Positions 18,707 to 38,508 of a stretch of 64,000 bases of DNA are shown here, one piece after another (positions within the stretch are counted from its first letter, which is position 1; the number at the start of each line of letters is the position of its first letter). The notes beneath the pieces are model-generated. The model saw only the letters and a list, made by a program, of their open reading frames with translations. It ran no database searches and had not been told where the DNA came from. The position numbers were made by a program, and so were the translations under genes. The DNA lies in the NCBI RefSeq assembly GCF_009914755.1, contig NC_060927.1; one strand, given 5' to 3'. Source of the stretch: the human T2T-CHM13v2.0 reference genome, Homo sapiens.

Positions 18707-19839
18707 TGAACAATTTTAAATGCTGACGATATAGGGGTCACAAGAATTATGAGATAAAGCACAAGAATTATGAGAGCATATTCAGATTCAGAGCTAAAAA
18801 ATGCAGCAATTGATTAGTAATGTCTGACATGGTGGGTAAGGTATGTGTGTGTGTGGAGAGGATGGTTGAATAGCAATACACACGTCAAATATTGGTTACC
18901 CTGACTGAGGCACTTGGAACTGTACTTATTTTCCATGAAAACACATATCTGATGTGGAACCATGCTCAACCTCCTGTTAAGCTGAAGTTTGTACCCTGGG
19001 ACCTGTGAACAAAATCTAGGCATGGGTAGCATGAATTCTAGAGGTCTATAGATGGAGCACGCACACTCCATATCTCACATTCACCAATTTCCCCAATCAC
19101 ACTTTTTCTCTGCCTGATATTTGTTTGCTTTTCACTATCTAATTATTATTTCATTTTGCAGACTGGAAATTTCTGTACACTTCTGGATGTACCTTACCTA
19201 GGGAAATGCAAGGCCTAGCAGAGTGCTCCATATACAGAGTGGATATTCAATAAATGCTTGCTAAAATGAATTGAGTTCTGCTTTTCATAAATAACAGTGT
19301 ATTCCTCAGACAATAGATTAGTAATCATCTATCAGACAACAGTTGGTAAGACTATTTGAATGTGGGCAGACCTAGGTGTGTGCTTTAGCTCTACCTTTTA
19401 CTAGCTGTGTATAGGTAAGTTAACTGATGTCTCAGTTTTCTTATCAGTAAAATGGAAATCATAATACCTCAAAAGATGTTGTAAGTTGTAAGGCTTGAAT
19501 GGGTTAGCATATGTAAAACATAAGCGGCACTAAATATTGTAGTTCCTTTTTCTTTACTCTCAATATTTGTCAAAAACTAAAACTAGTAAAAGAGTAGTAA
19601 AATGGACATTTGTTGACTCTCTCCCACTGGGTAGCAGCTATGTGCTTTGGCATGCAGAAAATTGACTCCACCTCCAGCTCCATGGGTGGGCCATGTTTGT
19701 TTAATCCTGTCTCAACCCCTTTGCTAAAGAGATTGGTTGTTGGTTTGGGTTAATCAACACTTGGCATTTCCCCACTGCAGGAAATTATTCAGGAACTGGC
19801 ATGTGACCAAATTATGAACAATGACACATGAGAATTTAA

Positions 19840-21132
<1,293 letters not shown>

Positions 21133-21530
21133 ATAAATAAAATTAAAAATAAATAAGAATGAGGAGAAGGATAAAAACATTTAAAAGATGAGAGCAGAAT
21201 AGAAGGAGTGAAACAGTGGGTAAATGAAGACCATTCAATAGAAAGCCAGCAGCAAGGCGAGGGATGCTTTGAATGACCCTAGAAGCAAATTTAACTGGAT
21301 TTAGACTGGCCCAGGACCAGCCCTAAGAACGGAATGGAATCTTGGTTTCTATATTATTTCCTGCATTAGACCACAGACATTATTGGGTTTGAGATTAAAG
21401 TGCCTTAAACAATGCAGGTGATATCAAGACTCACTTAAGCAAAGGTGATTCAGGTTTCAGTGCTGGTTTACAGTAGCATCAAGGTCTCAGTTTATTTCCA
21501 TTAGGCCCTTTGTCAGGTCCATTTTATGGT

Positions 21531-21581
21531 TGTGTAGACCCACAAAAAAACAATACCTCAAAATGAAGGCCTCAGAGGCAG

Positions 21582-21612
<31 letters not shown>

Positions 21613-21940
21613 CCACCCTCCTGTCTCTGGCCCCTCAATCTCCCCAATGGCTACCCGTAGAAACTAGAGTCCCTCTTCCCCAAGGACAGTCATAGAAACC
21701 AGAACCCCTTTTCCCCAAAGCCAGACATGAAACCTAAAAATATTACTCGAACTTCTTTCCCACCTCCCCTGCCTTTCTGTGTAAAATCTGGCCATAAAGA
21801 AATTGTAGGTCATAATACCCCCATTCCAGAGAGGATCCCGCCCCATACCCAGAAAGAAGGAATCCATGCTCAGAGAGGCCAAGAAGAATCTAGACAGACA
21901 GGCCTTGCTGGGTTTCCCCACTCAGTCCATTAACATTAGA
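21531..21940 (+). mobile_element. MER39-like LTR, 3'-truncated, with (CT)n at 21582-21610
   Basis: CAAAATGAAGGCCTCAGA..TAGAGTCCCTCTTCCCCAAGG..CAGAGAGGCCAAGAAGAATCT. Confidence 0.65.
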
Positions 21941-23686
21941 TCTTTTTTTTTTTTTTTTTTTTTGAGACAAAGTTTCGCTCTTGTTGCCCAGGCTGGAACG
22001 CAATGGTGCCATCTTGGCTCACTGCAACCTCCACCTCCTGGTTCACGTGATTCTCCTGCCTCAGCCTCCTAAGTAGCTGGGATTACAGGCCTCCTCACTC
22101 TTATTTAAAAGCATGCCTTCTCAACATAGTCTCAGTTGAGGAAAACAGGGAATACTGATTCACATTGAAGTATTGGTGACTGATGTATTTCCCATGTAGT
22201 GGAAGTGAAGCTGTAACACCATTCAGTGATCCTGGTAATGGTGTGGTATCTGACACTGTCTACAGCAAATCAATGGACAATGACGCTCTTGAACCTTCTC
22301 ACATCAGATTGTGAAAGTAGCTACCATTTATACCTCCATCGTCAATGTGTTTACCACTCTCCCTCCTTTAGTTTTTATCTGAGGCCTGCCGTAGGACAGT
22401 TTCTGGAATAAAGCCATAGCATCTCCATCCTATTGAGATCATGGGGACTATAAGTAACAAAGGAAGTGAGCAACTGGAAGGCATCCCATCATTAAATATT
22501 CAAGAGTCAGAGGATATCTGATCGTGCCACATCATAAAGTCTCTGCCCTTCAGAAGTCTGTGAGATCACAGTAGGGTACGCCCGAGGGATGAGATAAACA
22601 CAGCCACTAGACCCTCACTCTTTACATTTGACCCACTCACCTCTCCTGGAAGGCCCTGATACATTAGATAGAATGGCTGTGAATTTTAACTTCCTGGCCC
22701 TCCACAATGTCCCTCATTGTCACATTTTTACCTCCATAGGACCAGCCCCTGCTTTCTTTTTTTCTCTCTTTGCCTACTTAGAGAGTCCAACTCCTTGGTC
22801 AACTACAGTTAAATTTTTACTTTCTAGGGATGGATTCTTGTTCCAGGAAAATGTACAAAATTTGATACATAATTTAAATCCCTGAAGTCTTCATATCTTG
22901 AGGAACTTAGGACCTAGTCATATCCGCTTCTCTAGGCTGAGCCTCCTGCTTTGACCAGGCCCTATCAATTCTGTCTACACATTTTGGGTAGGTTCCCAAA
23001 TCCTACCAAGTAAACCCCCAAATGGGTTCTGTTTCACATCAACTACATACCCAAAAGGCATCAGATTCCATCATAGCTTTGTTGGCATCTAACATATGAC
23101 TGTCTTAGAAAAAAAAAAAACCCTTTATTTCCTGTGCTGTGTGCTTTGCATAGGCCTTGGGACTAAGACCACATGTCTTTGAGCCTGTGTTCTCAGGCTA
23201 CCTTCTTGGTCAGGAAATCTTTTTACAGTTTATGGAAATCACTCTTGCTACCACTTCAAGACTGATTTTCTTTTTGACTGTCTTCCCCCAAATCTTTATA
23301 ATTGCATAGTGTGAGCGAGTGAGGACTGTGGCTTATCGCAGCCTTGCAGTGAAGGCAGAAGAAGCTACTGCAGAAAGCTGCAGAATCTATTTGATAATGA
23401 AAAATCCAGATCCGGACAGATGGATGTTATATTTGGAGGAAACGCCATCACATGACCAAGGTTCCCGCTCTAAGGAGAGAACATACAGATGTTCACATAC
23501 CAGAGAAGTCATGGCACTTCCAAAGGGATAAAGCAGCACTTTATTATTTTTCTTCATTCACAATCTTAAAGCTATGGAGAAAACCCAAGCAACATTAGGG
23601 TTCTGAATCAAAACGAAATGAGACTCAGTTGCAAGGAAACAAGCTTATCTGTATCCTAAATTGCAGTAAGTGTCTTTTTGTTTACT

Positions 23687-23759
23687 CATTTTACAACCAT
23701 GCATAGAAAATGACACGTACATAGAAAAGGACACTTTTTCTATGCATGATTGTAAAATG
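23687..23759. repeat. Inverted repeat with 24-bp arms (1 mismatch) and a 25-nt spacer
   Basis: CATTTTACAACCATGCATAGAAAA ... TTTTCTATGCATGATTGTAAAATG. Confidence 0.9.
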
Positions 23760-24089
23760 CATAGGAAGAGGCAGCAGGCAGGGAGAGAACGGTGTTTATT
23801 CAGTTCTTGTTTAAAATGACCTTTATCTTTAGGGGAAGCTAACACTGGGTTCCATATTATTATGATCTTACCGTGATTTCAACAGAGCATTTCACACCTA
23901 CTAAGAAGCTCTAGTATTTAAACGTGTTTGAGTAAAAACAGTATTTTTCCTTCCCTGCATTCCTTTCTTCCTTCTGGCTTTCCTCTTTTCCTTCCTTCCT
24001 TCCTTCCTCCTTGCATCCTTAGCCGAGAAACATTAGGTGTCACAGCAGGACCTAGGGGGATTCTACCAAGATTAAACTCATTTGTATCA

Positions 24090-25510
<1,421 letters not shown>

Positions 25511-26587
25511 TTATGGTATGGGCTCTGAAAGAGAGGAGATCTTCATGTAAGGCATTAGACTTTGAAGGATGAAGGGGCTTTTGACCAACAGAGGTGTGCA
25601 GTAGAGTCGCATAACAGGGTTTTGAATGGACCCACTGGGTTCATTCAAGCCACCTTTGAACAGTTGTTGAGTTTGACTGTTCATGGATGGTGGCAAGTAT
25701 TAAGCATCAGCTTCAAATCTGAGAGGTTAATTTTTCTCATATGCCACAAGGAAGAAACTAATTTTTGAGGGAAGGTTTTAAATGGAACCCAGAAGTCCTT
25801 GAGACACCCTCAGAAACTTTGCTTGAGGTTTTGGCAGCATAGGAATTTGCTTGGCCTATTTTGTAAAGTCCAACCCTAGAAACTTGATAGAAAATGACAG
25901 TGTAAAGAGACAACCCATCATGGTGGTACAACGGGCCAAATTTGTTTGCTGTACTTGGCCTGAACTTTGAAAAAAAATACAAGAACAGGCTTGTGTGATT
26001 GTGTACATCAATATTTTGATCAGACTTATTAAAACTTCTTTGAGTAGGATGATCGTATTTTTCAAAATGAAAAGTCCTGTCACTAGATCCTCGGAAACCT
26101 GGATTATTTTTCCATTACCAGTTCTCTCTGACATGTCAAAATGAGTCACTCTAAATTCCTCTACTTCATTTTTCCCATATTTTGTTATCATGAGGGTGAA
26201 ATAAACTTGCTAAAAAGAAGTGCTGAAAATGTGCAGATGTGTTAATACAGCCTCTTTTCTACCTACTTGCAGTGTGTCCTCTTCATATCTAGTGTTTGCA
26301 AGAAAGGCTCACAGTACAGATGTGAAGGTAATGGGAACAACCAAAGTTCAGAAATGGTGTCAATGGACAAAAATATGAGAACTGAAAATAGGGTGAACAT
26401 GTGGGAGATAATGGTAGGTGAGAGATTGCCAGAAAAATTTGAAAACTATAAGGAACTAAAACTGGTCAAGCTCTGAAATACCAGCAAACAGAAACCAAGA
26501 AGGGAGGTTGTCAGAGAAGGAGAAGGTGGGGAAGAGCCCAGAAAGCACATCATCAGATGTCCCTTCATTGTTACTGTCCTCTCTAAG

Positions 26588-27699
26588 CAATGCTACTCAA
26601 TCAGGGCAATTTTGCTTCCCAGAGGACATTTGGCAATATCTGGAGATACTTTTGATTACCACAATTTATGCAGGGTTGAGGGGTACTGCTACTGGTATCT
26701 AGTGAGTGGAGGAAATAAGGCAAGATTTTCTTCTTGGTCACTTTGCAAAATGGGGACCTCTGGCCAGTGATGCCCCACCCGGGCCTTGCCTGATCATATT
26801 ACCTCCTTCCTGCTACAGGAGACGGCTCACCCACTCAGCCCACCCAGGCTGAGTCTGGCTTATGCATTAATTCCTGAGCTCTTGTCCCATGCCCAAGAAG
26901 AATGAGGATGAACTGACAATCAAAGAGTGAGCAAGGCGGGGAGTTTATTGAGTGAGGAAATAGCTTTCAGCAGAGCAGAGACACCGAGGTGGTCCCCCTA
27001 CCTGAAGGTGGGAAAGTCCCCCTAATATGACTGAGTCCAGGGCTTCTATGGGCTCAGAATGGGGGAGGGGCAGGCCATAGGTAGTGTTGGAAAAGGCAAC
27101 ATTTGATTGGCTATAAGGCATTATTCAGAAAGAATCAACTGGGGCTGGGCACAGTGGCTCACACCTGAAATCCCAGCACTTCGGGAGGCTGAGGTGAGTG
27201 GATCACCTGAAGTCAGGAGTTCAAGACTAGCTTGACCAACATGGTGAAACTCCATCTCTACTAAAAATACAAAATTAGCCATGCGTGGTGGTGCATGCCT
27301 ATAATCCCAGCTACTCGGTAACCCGAGGCAGAAGAATAACTTGAACCTGGGAGGCAGAGGTTGTGGTGAGCCAAGATTGTGCTATGCACTCTAGCCTAGG
27401 CAACAAGAGTGAAACTTTGTCTCAAAATAAGAAAAGAATCAATCGGAAAGGGTGAGCAAACGGGAACAGAAGTTCTCACTGTGAGTTGCAGGTTTCATCT
27501 GGGACCAGCAGTCTGGTCTTTCAGCCTTCAGGCTGTTTTTGGCTTGAAGATGGGGTTTCACTGGAGGCCTGTCCCTGTGCATTTGGCTGCCTCCTGTCAC
27601 TATCAGCAAGAGATGCTGCTAAACATTATACAATTCACAGGACAGACAATAAAGAATTGCCTAGCTTAAAATGTCAATAACGCCAAGATTGAGAAACCT
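26588..27699 (+). mobile_element. MER20 (hAT), split by the LTR above
   Basis: GGACATTTGGCAATATCTGGAGA..GCTACTGGTATCTAGTG, then GATGCTGCTAAACA..AATGTCAATA..TTGAGAAACCTG. Confidence 0.8.
26714..27604 (-). mobile_element. ERV1 solo LTR (MER52/LTR27-like) containing an Alu at 27143-27434, inserted in MER20
   Basis: Reverse complement starts TGATAGTGACAGGAGGCAGCCAAATGC; splits a MER20. Confidence 0.65.
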
Positions 27700-28570
27700 G
27701 GCTCTCCACTGTCTGTAGTTACCAGCATCAATGCTTTATCATACTTATTGTTGTTTATCTGATTATAAAAAGTAATCAGTAACATATAAAAAGTAATATG
27801 TGTTTAATCTGGAACATTTAATCAACATATTAAATAAAATTTTATTGTTATCCCATCAATTATGTCATAGAAGGTCATAGTCTATTGTCCCCAGGGCCAA
27901 AAGTTGTGAAATCAAATGCCAAATGAATCTCAACTGCTGCCAAACACCAATGCACATTGTGCAGCCACTTTGAAGAGAATATAAAGTTCATACCTTTCCT
28001 TTCTCTAATTACTTAATCCAGGAGGAAATACTTTGGCTCTATTTTTATAGAAAAAAAATTGTAGCCAAAGTCTTTCCAGAAAAAAAGTGATTTAATAACA
28101 TGTTGAAGGGAGAGGAATTTTTTTGAAATGTTGAAATAAAATGAAATTTGTTTCAAATCAAAAGCAGAGCTCTCAGAAGCCTGCACCTGGTGCCTATGCC
28201 CAGCACCTGCTGAAGAGCCATGAACGGCACCATAATCAGTGGCAACATCCGGAGAGCCATTAAGGGGAAAATTGCAGGAATTAGAAACTGCTAGGGATGA
28301 AAAGCATCCTGATTACATTACCGTGATGGAGGCTGAGAAAAGTCAGGATGGCAAAGGACCTCCCAGATGAAGCAACAATTTGGTTCAGTTTAGCGTGTTT
28401 CCAGATGTCTGTACCACAGACCAACATGTAGGCATTCTGTCTGAAAAGAGAATGTGGTGTGGCTAGGACAGCTGGCTGGTACTGCACTGAGATGAAGGGC
28501 ACAAACTTGGGAGCTGGGCTGCCTAGGTTTGAATTCTTATTTCCCTTTACTAGCTATGTGACTGGAGCAA

Positions 28571-31850
<3,280 letters not shown>

Positions 31851-32189
31851 TCAACCTGAGTAATTTAACATAACTATGGAGAGAAAATGGCTATGTAACA
31901 TGGCACTGTCAACATACAGACTGGGTGCTGATGAGATACAATATTTCATGTCCGCACTGGGTCACCATTGGCTGCTTGTATTATGGTACTGTGACCAGTT
32001 TATTAGGGTATTTCTCACTGGCTGTTAGTAGACACAGAACTTCTCTTTTGAGGCTGCACCCAATAATGCTGTCTAAGACCAGGCATAGCTCAGGCCAGAA
32101 AATTGACTCCAAGCCTCTGCGTTCACAGGTTGCCTTCACTATCCAAAGCATGGGTTCTTTTTCTTCCCCCTACTCATTTGTTCTTTACT

Positions 32190-33925
32190 TTAATTATTTA
32201 ATTAATTATTTATCTTCAACTTTGTTTTAAGTTCAGGCGTATATATGCAGGATGTGCAGGTTTGTTACCTGCAAACATGGCGGTTTTCTGCACAGATAAT
32301 CCTATCACCTAGGTATTAAGCCCAGCATCCATTAGGTATTCTTCCTGATGTCCTCCCTCCCCCCACCACACTCTCTGACAGGCCCCAGTGTATGTTGTTC
32401 CCCACTATGTGAACATGTGTTCTCATCATTCAGCTCCCACTTAGAAGTGAGAACGTGTGGTGTTTGGTTTCCTGTTCCTGCATTAGTTTGCTGAGGATAA
32501 TGGCTTCCAACTTCATCTATGTCCCTGAAAAGAACATGATCTCATTCCTTCTTATGACTGCATAGTATTCCATGGTGTATATATATCACATTTTCTTTAT
32601 CCAGTCTATCATTATTGGGCATTTAGGTTGATTCCATGACTTTACTATTGTAAATAGTGCTGCAATGAACATATGCGTGCATGCATCTTTATAACAGAAT
32701 AATTTATATTCCTTTAGGTAAATACCCAGTAAAGGGATTGCTGGGTCAAACAGTATTTCTGCCTGTAGGTCTTTGAGGAATCGCCACACTGTCTTCCACA
32801 GTGGTTGAACTAAGTTGCATTCCCATCAATGGTGTAAAAACGTTCCTCTTTCTCCACAACCTCACCAGCATCTGTTGTTTTTTGACCTTTAAATAATAGT
32901 CATTCTGACTGGTGTGAGATGGTATCTCATTGTGATCTTGATTTACTTTTCTCTAATGATCAGTAACGTTGAGCTTTTTTTCATATGTTTGTTGGCTGCA
33001 TGAGTCTTCTTTTGAGAAGTGTCTATTCATATATTTTGGCCACTTTTTAATGGGGTTGTTTGTTTTTTTGTTGTAAATTTGTTTAAATTCCGTGTAGACT
33101 CTGGATATCAGACCTTTGTCAGATGTATAGATTGCAATCAAAAATTTTCTCCCATTCTGGAGGTTGTCTGTGTACTCTGATGATAATTTCTTTTGCTGTT
33201 CAGGAGCTCTTTAGTTTAATTAGATCCCATTTGTCAATTTTTGCTTTTGTTGCAATTGCTTTTGGTGTTTTCATCATTAAATCTTTGGCCATGCCTATGT
33301 CCTGAATGATATTGCCTAGATTTTCTTTTAGGGTTTTTATAGTTTTGGGTTTTATGTTTAAGTCTTTAACCTATCTTCAGTTAATTTTTGTATAAGGTAT
33401 AAGGAAGGGGTCTAGTTTCAATTTTTTGCATATGGCTACCCAGTTATCCCAGCACCATTTATCAAATAGGGAGTCCTTTCCCTATTGCTTGTTTTTGTCA
33501 AGTTTGTTGAAGATCAGATGGTTGTAGGCATATGGTCTTATTTCTAAGTTCTCTATTCTGTTCCATTGCTCTATGTGACTGTTCTTATACCAGTACCATG
33601 CTGTTTTGGTTACTGTAGCCTTGTAGTATAGTTTGAAGCTGAGTAGCATGACGCCTGCAGTTTTGTTCTTTTTGCTTAGGATTGTCCCAGCTTTTTGGGC
33701 TCTTTTTGGTTCCATGTGAACTTTAAAATCATTTTTTTTCTAATTCTATGAAGAATGTCAATGGTAGTTTAATGGGAATAGCATTGAATCTATAAGTTAC
33801 TTTGGGCAGTATGGCCATTTTCATGATATTGATTCTTACTATCCATGAGCATGGAATGTTTCTTCATTTGTTTGTGTCCTTTCTGCTTCTTTGAGCAGTG
33901 GTTTGTAGTTCTCCTTGAAGAGGTC
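32190..33925 (-). mobile_element. 5'-truncated L1PA (about 1.7 kb, ORF2 C-terminus and 3'UTR)
   Basis: Minus-strand ORFs WRFLKDL..PAIPLLGIY and [19 protein letters not shown] are L1 ORF2; T-rich tail at the left end. Confidence 0.95.
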
Positions 33926-36900
33926 CTTTGCTTCTGTAGAGCATGGGTTCTTGAACAGAATGGTGAAATGGTCTTTGTCATAATTGTTTGTGAGGAGTGT
34001 TGGCAGTATGTTACTAATAAAGTACCAATGCTTGCATTCTGTTTATTCTTATATTATTGTTATTATTTATTAATAATACATTGCTGTTTATTGAGTATTT
34101 ATGATGTTCCAGAGACTGTGGTCAATAGCATATATCTCAGAGCTCATTTGTTTCTCAAAACAACTTCATGAGTAGATGTAGATGTACTCTGCCACTGCTC
34201 TAGCTCCAAGGAAGATATACAGGCCCATCAAAAGTTCTCCACACCTCTCTAAACCCTCCTGGTGTCTATGACCTCACCTTCTATCATAAGAGAGGGAGCT
34301 TGTGAGTCCAAGTGGAACGTGTCACATGAGCCTTGCATGTCTTGAGGCCAGACAGACATCACTTCTGCTAGATGATGATCCAAGCTGGATGCTGAGGATG
34401 GGCTGTTCCCCTCAGACACCATCAGGCAGAAGAGCTAGTCCAGCTCCTCAGCACAGACAATGCTTCTCACTAGAATGGAAACTAGCAGTTGGACAATGCT
34501 GGCTAGGCCCACACAGCTTCCTGGTGCCAACAGCAGATGATACTCATGCTGGCCAGTGGAGGCTGGTAGACTCTGGTTCTCTACATAGATCACCTAGATC
34601 TGGATCCTCCATCCTAGGACCCAGTGTCTTTGCCTCCACCCCAGAGAAGTGGTAAAACATGCCCATACAAAGTCTAATTTCATAGGAACTAATGAGATAC
34701 AAGATATATCTCTTTTAGCACAATGCCTTGCACTCAGTAAAAGCTCAATGCATAGTAACTGTTATTATTTAATCATTGTTGCTGTTACTATTTAATTATT
34801 GTTGGTGGTAGTAATAGTAGTAGTAGTAATACTACTACTATTATATTAATATTGGTACTTCTTTCTTGTTAGTAACTCATTTTTTTGCAATTCAGGGATC
34901 TATTCTAGTCTGTGTATGAGTGTTGTGAAGAAGTTGGGGTAAAGATTTGCTCTGACTAATCATGACTTCTTCCGTGCCCTCACCCCACACTACCTCCAAA
35001 CATATAACGTTTCAATTATATTTTACAGCTGTGGAAACTGAGGCTCAAAGAGGTTAAGAACTATGTCCAAGTGGATTCCTCTATTAAGACTTCTCTCATT
35101 CTCTGCATTCTTACATGCTTTCTTGGATGGGAGGGAAAGGGACAAGGGGGATATCTGGGGATGCCACATAATCCAAACACTACTCAAGGTAGGGTGTTGG
35201 GCATGTGGACTTCTTCAGTCCTGTATGTCATGCTGAAAAACACAATTTCTGGAAATAGTAATGTGTCACTATCAAGATTGGCTCACAGGCAGTGACGTGG
35301 AGTCACTACCGGCTGAGGAACAAAAAAAGTTCAACCAAATAGCCAGTCATCTAGTCAGGAAAGACAATGACATAAGCTCCGTTTGCCTCCTCTCCAGGAC
35401 CCACTTGTTTGTTTTGCTCTAAATAAACACACTTCAAAAGCCCCAAACAGTTAGAATTCTCTTAATGGTGAGAGGAAGTTGGAGTTAGGATTTGTGACAA
35501 TTATCTGAAAAATGCCCCCTCAGGCTGGAAGTCTGGTCTGGACTTTGGGCTTCAGTGGTACTCCAGGGACCTTGGATCAAGTTCAGAACAATTTCCTGAG
35601 TAGGCCTGGCCCCTGAGGCCTATTCCTCATTCTGTCATTTTTACCAAGCTGTTTGCATTGCTTTCCTTTTTGGATTGGCCAAGGGCTACTTTCCTTGTCA
35701 CTAAGAGCAGGGTGATAAAGTTCAGCCTTCATATTTTTAAAGTGTATCTTTCTCGTAAGGGCTGAGGGAGCTGTAGGGTGTGGCTTCCTCAAGAGTTACT
35801 AGAATGTAGAACTTAATGGCTTGGACTTGTAGGTCAGAAGACCAGGGTGTAAGTCCAGTGTCCCTCTGCCTCTCAGCTATGTGACACGGGACAAGTCATG
35901 CTACTTCTTTAAGTCTCAGTTTCCCCATCTTCCAAGTTGGAATAATAAGAGTATCCATCTTGTAGAGCAGGTGGGAAGGAGGATTCAATGAGCAAAGGTA
36001 CTTAAGGTGCTTGGCACAGTGCCTGGCGTGTAGTAAAACAGGGTTGACATTGGCAGGCCCCAAATATCCAAATAGTCTGTTGTCAAAATATTTAAGAACT
36101 GACATGGTGAGGGCATGGACTAATCAGAGTGGATGCCGTTATGGCCAGTATTCATTCTGATTGGTTGATACCTGTGCTGTTTCAGCTGTTAAATATTTTG
36201 AATATCACTCCTGGTATAATTATTCAATAAATGTTAGCTGATAATTATTATGATTATTTTATACAAAATGTGTTTATTGAGATGGTTTCCCATTCATCTT
36301 GATTCAGAGTTCTTTTAGTGCTGTTTCCTTCTGAAGGAACATCCTTCTGTAAGCCTTGCTTTTACTCCGTAGGCTGGCAGAGGACAATGGAGCAGCCAAC
36401 ACACAAAGCTACCATTTGTGCATCGCTAAAGACCTGTAGTGATTTTATAGCATCCTGGGCATTTCACATCCATGAAGTAGGAATTGAGGCTCTGCACCAC
36501 GCATTTCTTCTTGTGTTTCCTCTTCTCCTTTTCTGGAGAGGGATGAAGAAGATCCTTTGCAAGGGGTAGGTTCTTGTGGGTAGGTTGTCACCACTGGAAA
36601 GGCAACTCTGATTATTATTATTGCTGTTCTCACAAGGAAGGGAATCAGGAATTCAGGAGAGAGGGCATCCTGCACAATCTGTACCCATATATTGTATACT
36701 ATATTCCTGAGTTCCCTATCCTCACTCTCTCCCTGCTGCTGGGAAGAAACAGTTTCACCATAGCACACAGCATCCATGGTCATCCACCAAATGAAGGTTA
36801 TTCAGTGTTTCTCCTACAGTGAAGCAGGGGAGGAGAATCCCTCACTCCAACAGCTGAATGCTTCTAAGCATACAGAATATCATTCCCAAAAAATGATTAT

Positions 36901-37608
36901 CTATCTTCACCAGAGGTACACTTTTTCCTACCCCTTTTTTGCTTACCAGAAAAATAATGAGATGAAGAAAACAGAAGACAGAACGAGCAAGTGGAGAAGC
37001 AAAGGTGAATCTGATGGATACTCTCAGTTGTTAGAACAGAAGCAAAAGTAATGAAACTGTGTGTTTGTTCATTAAACCCTTAGCTGGTCTGGCATAGGAA
37101 ATAAGATCATTTCCTTTATCATTAGCACCAAAAAATGTGGTTTCCAAAATACAAGTCTTTTGATTCTTCCCCAAATGGTTACCCGGGTGGTCTGATTTAT
37201 TGGAGTATTGAAACCATTGCTTTTGGTACTATTTCATCCTTGGACATGTGTTCTCTGAAGTACTCCAAAAGTATACACAAGCACAGGTGACACAAAATAG
37301 GTTAAAAATGCCTAAGATGCATATGAAATCTTATTTTTCCTCTGGATACTAAAAAGCATCATTTAATTTTTTCTCTGTGAGGTTGGGAGCGATAGAGACA
37401 CCCATGTCCATTTCACAGAGAAGGGCAAGGAATCAAAGTAACTTTTCTATAATAGGATTTTCAAGTTATTGATGTTAAAGTTTCTATTTGAATTGTATAT
37501 TTCACTATTACAGTTGAATTTATTATCCTTTGCCACGAAATTAAGCTAAAAGTCACCACTGGCAGTCTATCAGCAGAAACCTTTTTGTCTTAACAAATAA
37601 AGAGGGTA

Positions 37609-38508
37609 GGCCAGGTGCGGTGGCTCACGCCTGTAATCCCAGCACTTTGGGAGGCTGAAGCGGGTGGATCACAAGGTCAGGAGTTCAAGACCAGCCTGAC
37701 CAAAATGGTGAAACCCTGTCTCTACTAAAAAAAAAAAAAAACTACAAAAATTAATCAGGCATGGTGGCAGGTGCCTATAATCACAGCTACTCAGCAGGCT
37801 GAGGCAGGAGAATCACTTGAACCCAGGTGGCAGAGGTTGCAGTGAGCCAAGATGGTGCCACTGCACTCCAGTCTGGGTGACAGAGTGAGACTCTGTCTCG
37901 AACAAACAAAAAAACAAATATAGAGGGTAAACCAGGTCTCAAGGCAGATGTGAACCGTGGTGGACAGACTCTAGAGTGGCCCCATGTTCTTTCCCTGAAC
38001 AATCCTCTCTCCTTCCGTGTAGGAGAAACCTACTACTTGCTTCTAATCAATAGGCTGTGACAAGGCTAATGGCATGTCTCTCCTGTGATTATGTTATGAC
38101 ATATATATGGCTCATCTTGCTAGCATACATCAGAGACAGGCTCTCTATTGCTGGCTTTAGTAGCTGTCACGATGTGAGAGGGCCTATGGAGAGGGCTGTG
38201 AGGCAAGGAACCATGGGGGCCTTCAGGAGCTGACTGCAGCCCCTGGCTGACAGCCAGCAAGGAAATGGGATCTCAGTCCTACAAATGAATTCTGCTAACA
38301 ACCCGAGGGAGCTTGGAAGTGGATCTTCTCCCATTTGAGCCTCTATTGAGGCTGCAACCCTGGCTGACACCTGGATTACAGTGTGGTGAAGACCCCGAAA
38401 AAGAGAACCCTGCTAAGCTGTGGCTCTGACTTACAGGAACTGTGGGATTATAAATATGTGTTGTTTTAAAGCACTAAATTTATGGTAATTTGTTACACAA
38501 CAACAGAA
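37609..38508 (+). mobile_element. AluS (37609-37918) followed by an MLT1-type MaLR LTR (about 37950-38508)
   Basis: MLT1 3' motif GAACTGTG..TAAAT..GTGTTGTTTTAA..GGTAATTTGTTAC. Confidence 0.8.

Noticed and set aside
22090-23300. Possible ancient ERVL/MaLR internal or other retroelement fragments (also 25770-26190 and 34190-34650)
   Set aside because: Too degenerate to assign by eye; needs a Dfam HMM search.
32586-33981. Active L1
   Set aside because: 5'-truncated, fragmented and diverged.
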